This document shows positions 60,841-64,000 of a stretch of 64,000 nucleotides of DNA, piece after piece. Origin of the DNA: the human T2T-CHM13v2.0 reference genome, Homo sapiens; NCBI RefSeq assembly GCF_009914755.1, contig NC_060930.1, one strand, 5' to 3'. Below the pieces are notes generated by a model that saw only the letters and a list, made by a program, of their open reading frames with translations, was not told where the DNA came from and searched no databases. Position 1 is the stretch's first letter, and each line of letters begins with the position of its first letter. Both the position numbers and the translations under genes were made by a program.

Positions 60841-61675
60841 TGTGCCTCTGAGCTCCCGTGTTTTCTGGTGTTCTAGTATTTTGAGGTGGAGATGATCGTT
60901 CCCTACTTCTTATGTTTCCATGAACTGGGGACCCCTACTCCACTTTCATTTGGGTAGTGTTAAAGAGAACATTTCTACTCCTTCTTTTCACTCTTTAACT
61001 ATTCTTCTCCAAGCACTGGGAACTGCTGACCTGATGATGAGAGTCTGATAACACTTGCTGCAATTTATCAATAGGTTGGCTGCTATTCCTCTAAAACAGT
61101 AAGTAAGTGGAATCTCATTTCTCTCTCCTGCACTACTTGTATAACAGACAAGTAAGAAGCGCCAAGGCTTGCTCTCAGCTTTCTCATTCCATGCATGACG
61201 CAGTCCTGGACTTGTTTTGTAAAAGGATACCAGTCACCCGTCTCTTAACATTGGTCTCTGGCATTCTGTCTCCAACAGCAACTGAATTTATGAGGCAAAC
61301 CACAGTCCTCCATGTACTTGGCTGCTAAGTAAATCCTGGGGAGGGAGATGTCATTAAGACCTAATTCTCCCTTCAGGTGAAGGAAGAAAATCTAGATTTT
61401 GGATTTGTTAGGTGGAGATTCCTACATTGGCTTCTGGTCCCAGATAAGGTCTCTATTCCAGCTTTACCAAGGACTTTGGGCAACACTGTGCTTTTATTTA
61501 TAAGGATGACAGCTTAACTCTTATTTAGCTTCTTTGATGTATTCTCTACTACAAAAAGCCTAGCAAGGAGGAGAGTTGATTTATTGAGATGATGGATTGC
61601 CACACAATATCTATGTGATGACTAGTGAGAGTACATCTCTAACTTAATAGACATGCCATAAATATACCACATTGA

Positions 61676-62037
<362 letters not shown>

Positions 62038-63407
62038 ATCATTTCATCCTTTCAAAACATCATTCTATATTCTAAAAACTGCATTTTAAACTATCATAAT
62101 CCTGTCTCTAAAATTTTGGGTAACCTCCAGAGACTTGTTGTGTAATATTAATTTTTAAATTTCTGCATAAAAAGCACCACTTCCATTATTAGACCCGATC
62201 CTGTGCTTCTCAGTGATTTCCCATACACAGTAATTAGTCAAAACTGTTAAACATATACTGTGTTTAGGAACTTTACTTATTGAACAAGAATGAAAGCATG
62301 GGGCCAGCAAAAGACAATCTTATGAGTAATGCTGGAAATTCAGCAACAATTAAATGTTTACATGATACCACTCACATTTTTTCAAGGATTCTTGTAAATA
62401 AAGTAAACACAAAGACCTGAGCTAAGCAGCAATGAGTTGATCAGTTTGCTTGTGGTAAACTAGATAGGAGGATACTTCTACCTCCCAACTTGATGTAGAC
62501 GACTTCTATTTAAAGGCAAAGTCACTTCAGAGAGACACGAATCCCTTGCAAGAGGAGAGAGGTCATGCCACCCGTGAGAAAATGAAAAGGTGTAAGAACA
62601 AAGGAAAGAGAGAGAAGGGGAAAGAAGAAAAGAGAGAAGAAGAAGAGAAGCAAGTGTCCTTTCTTTTTAGGTCCCTGCTGGTTTTGGGGACATTAGGTGT
62701 CAGATTCCCTCTGTTTCTCCAATGAGAGGGGTCATGCTCTCCCTGGAGAAAAATCCAGTGATTGGTTTTCATGAAGAAATGGAAGGCTTTCCTCTTACAC
62801 TCTTCCTTCAGGGAGAAGACTAGAAGTATCCATAAGTGGAAAAGTATTTGCTCCTACCAGAGGCAAGGGATAGATACTAAAGCAGATACAGGTCTAGGAG
62901 AAACTCTTCTTCCAATAGCAAGTCTATAAAATATCACATCCGCCACAACTCCTGGGATTCTCACAGGAATTTTCCCATGTAATGCATAGTTAGATATTTC
63001 TTAGTTGCTCCTATCTTGGTCTTGCCCTTTCACTTATTTTGCCAACTCCATGAAATAACATCTGATGTCTCTTTTTTCCCAAATACCTGAGTTTTCACTG
63101 TACTATAATTATCACAGGTGCTTAGGACATGTTTTTGACAGATTGAATACAAATATTTCCCCTGATGGACACCAAATGAGACAGTATTTGTGAGATGGCT
63201 GTGGGAACAGTAATCCTTTATTGTGCTCCATAACATAGGTGGAATGTTGTATAGCTGTTGAAGATTCTTGAGTTTGAATTCATTTTATTAGGGACAGAAA
63301 ATGAGTCTAGTGAGCAAGTATTTGCTGAAATAACTTTGCATGTTATCCTAATAAGGTTTGCAAATGAAGTAGAAAAAAAGAAATGGAAAGTGAACCCCTT
63401 CCGTTTG

Positions 63408-64000
63408 TTTTTAACAGCTTTATTGTGATATAATGCCAAGCAATTCATTGATTAAAAGTGTACAATTTAAAAGTTTCTAGTATACTACAAAGTTGTGCAA
63501 TGATTGCCATAATCAATTTCAGAACATTTCATCAACCTGAAAGAACTTCTGTATCATTAGCAGTGACTCCATTCCCTGGCTTCATCCCCTAACCCACCAA
63601 TCCTCAGCAACTACTCATCTACTTCCTGTCTCTACATATTTGCCTACTCTGAACATTTCATATATATAGAATCATGCAATTATGTACACTTTCATGACTT
63701 CTTTCACTTATCAAAATATTTTCAATGCTCATCCATATTGGAGCATGTATCAGTACTTGTTTCCTTTTTAATGGCTGAATAATATTCCATTGTATGCATA
63801 TACCACTTTTTATGTTTCCATTCATCAGTTGATGGACATTTGGATTGTGTCTACCTTTTGCCATTATGAATAATATTGCTATGAACATTTGTACAGTTTT
63901 GTGTGGATAAATATTTTCATTTCTCTTGAGTATATACCTAGCAGTGGAATTACTGAATCAAAATGCTAATACTAAGTTTAGCATTTTTAGGAACTGTCAG
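63408..64000 (-). mobile_element. Old L1M (L1MB7/8-like) 3' end, runs off the window
   Basis: 'aacagctttattgtgatataat', 'aatattccattgtatgcatataccac', 'tatatacctagcagtggaattactg'. ORF 63658-63888 is a decayed ORF2 tail. Confidence 0.85.

Overview
This is primate, almost certainly human, genomic DNA: AT-rich, CpG-depleted, with Alu, L1PA, MIR, L2 and MaLR repeats. The only real protein-coding segment is the terminal coding exon of PTCHD4 (Patched/RND sterol-sensing-domain family; minus strand, 43730..42097). Its splice acceptor is at 43731-43732 and its last intron runs off the right edge of the window. To the left of the stop codon is a repeat-poor tract with several tandem poly(A) sites, compatible with a 3'UTR of about 4 kb up to about 21.6 kb. 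The rest is intergenic or intronic DNA dense in transposon relics. I found no new gene system. The most unusual structures are: (1) a 333-bp, ~91%-identical inverted copy of a local L3 relic with fold-back and tandem junction scars (16731-17064 vs 18691-19082); (2) a ~330-bp, ~85%-identical direct duplication whose second copy splits an L2 and whose first copy later received an L1PB (13864-15400); (3) a three-arm, mutually exclusive hairpin in the 3'UTR (39764-39810); (4) a frame-preserving, stop-free candidate antisense-Alu cassette exon in the last intron (54742-54837); and (5) a twin-primed inverted L1PA2. Repeat family names come from recalled consensus sequences, identities are hand-counted, and no database search was run.
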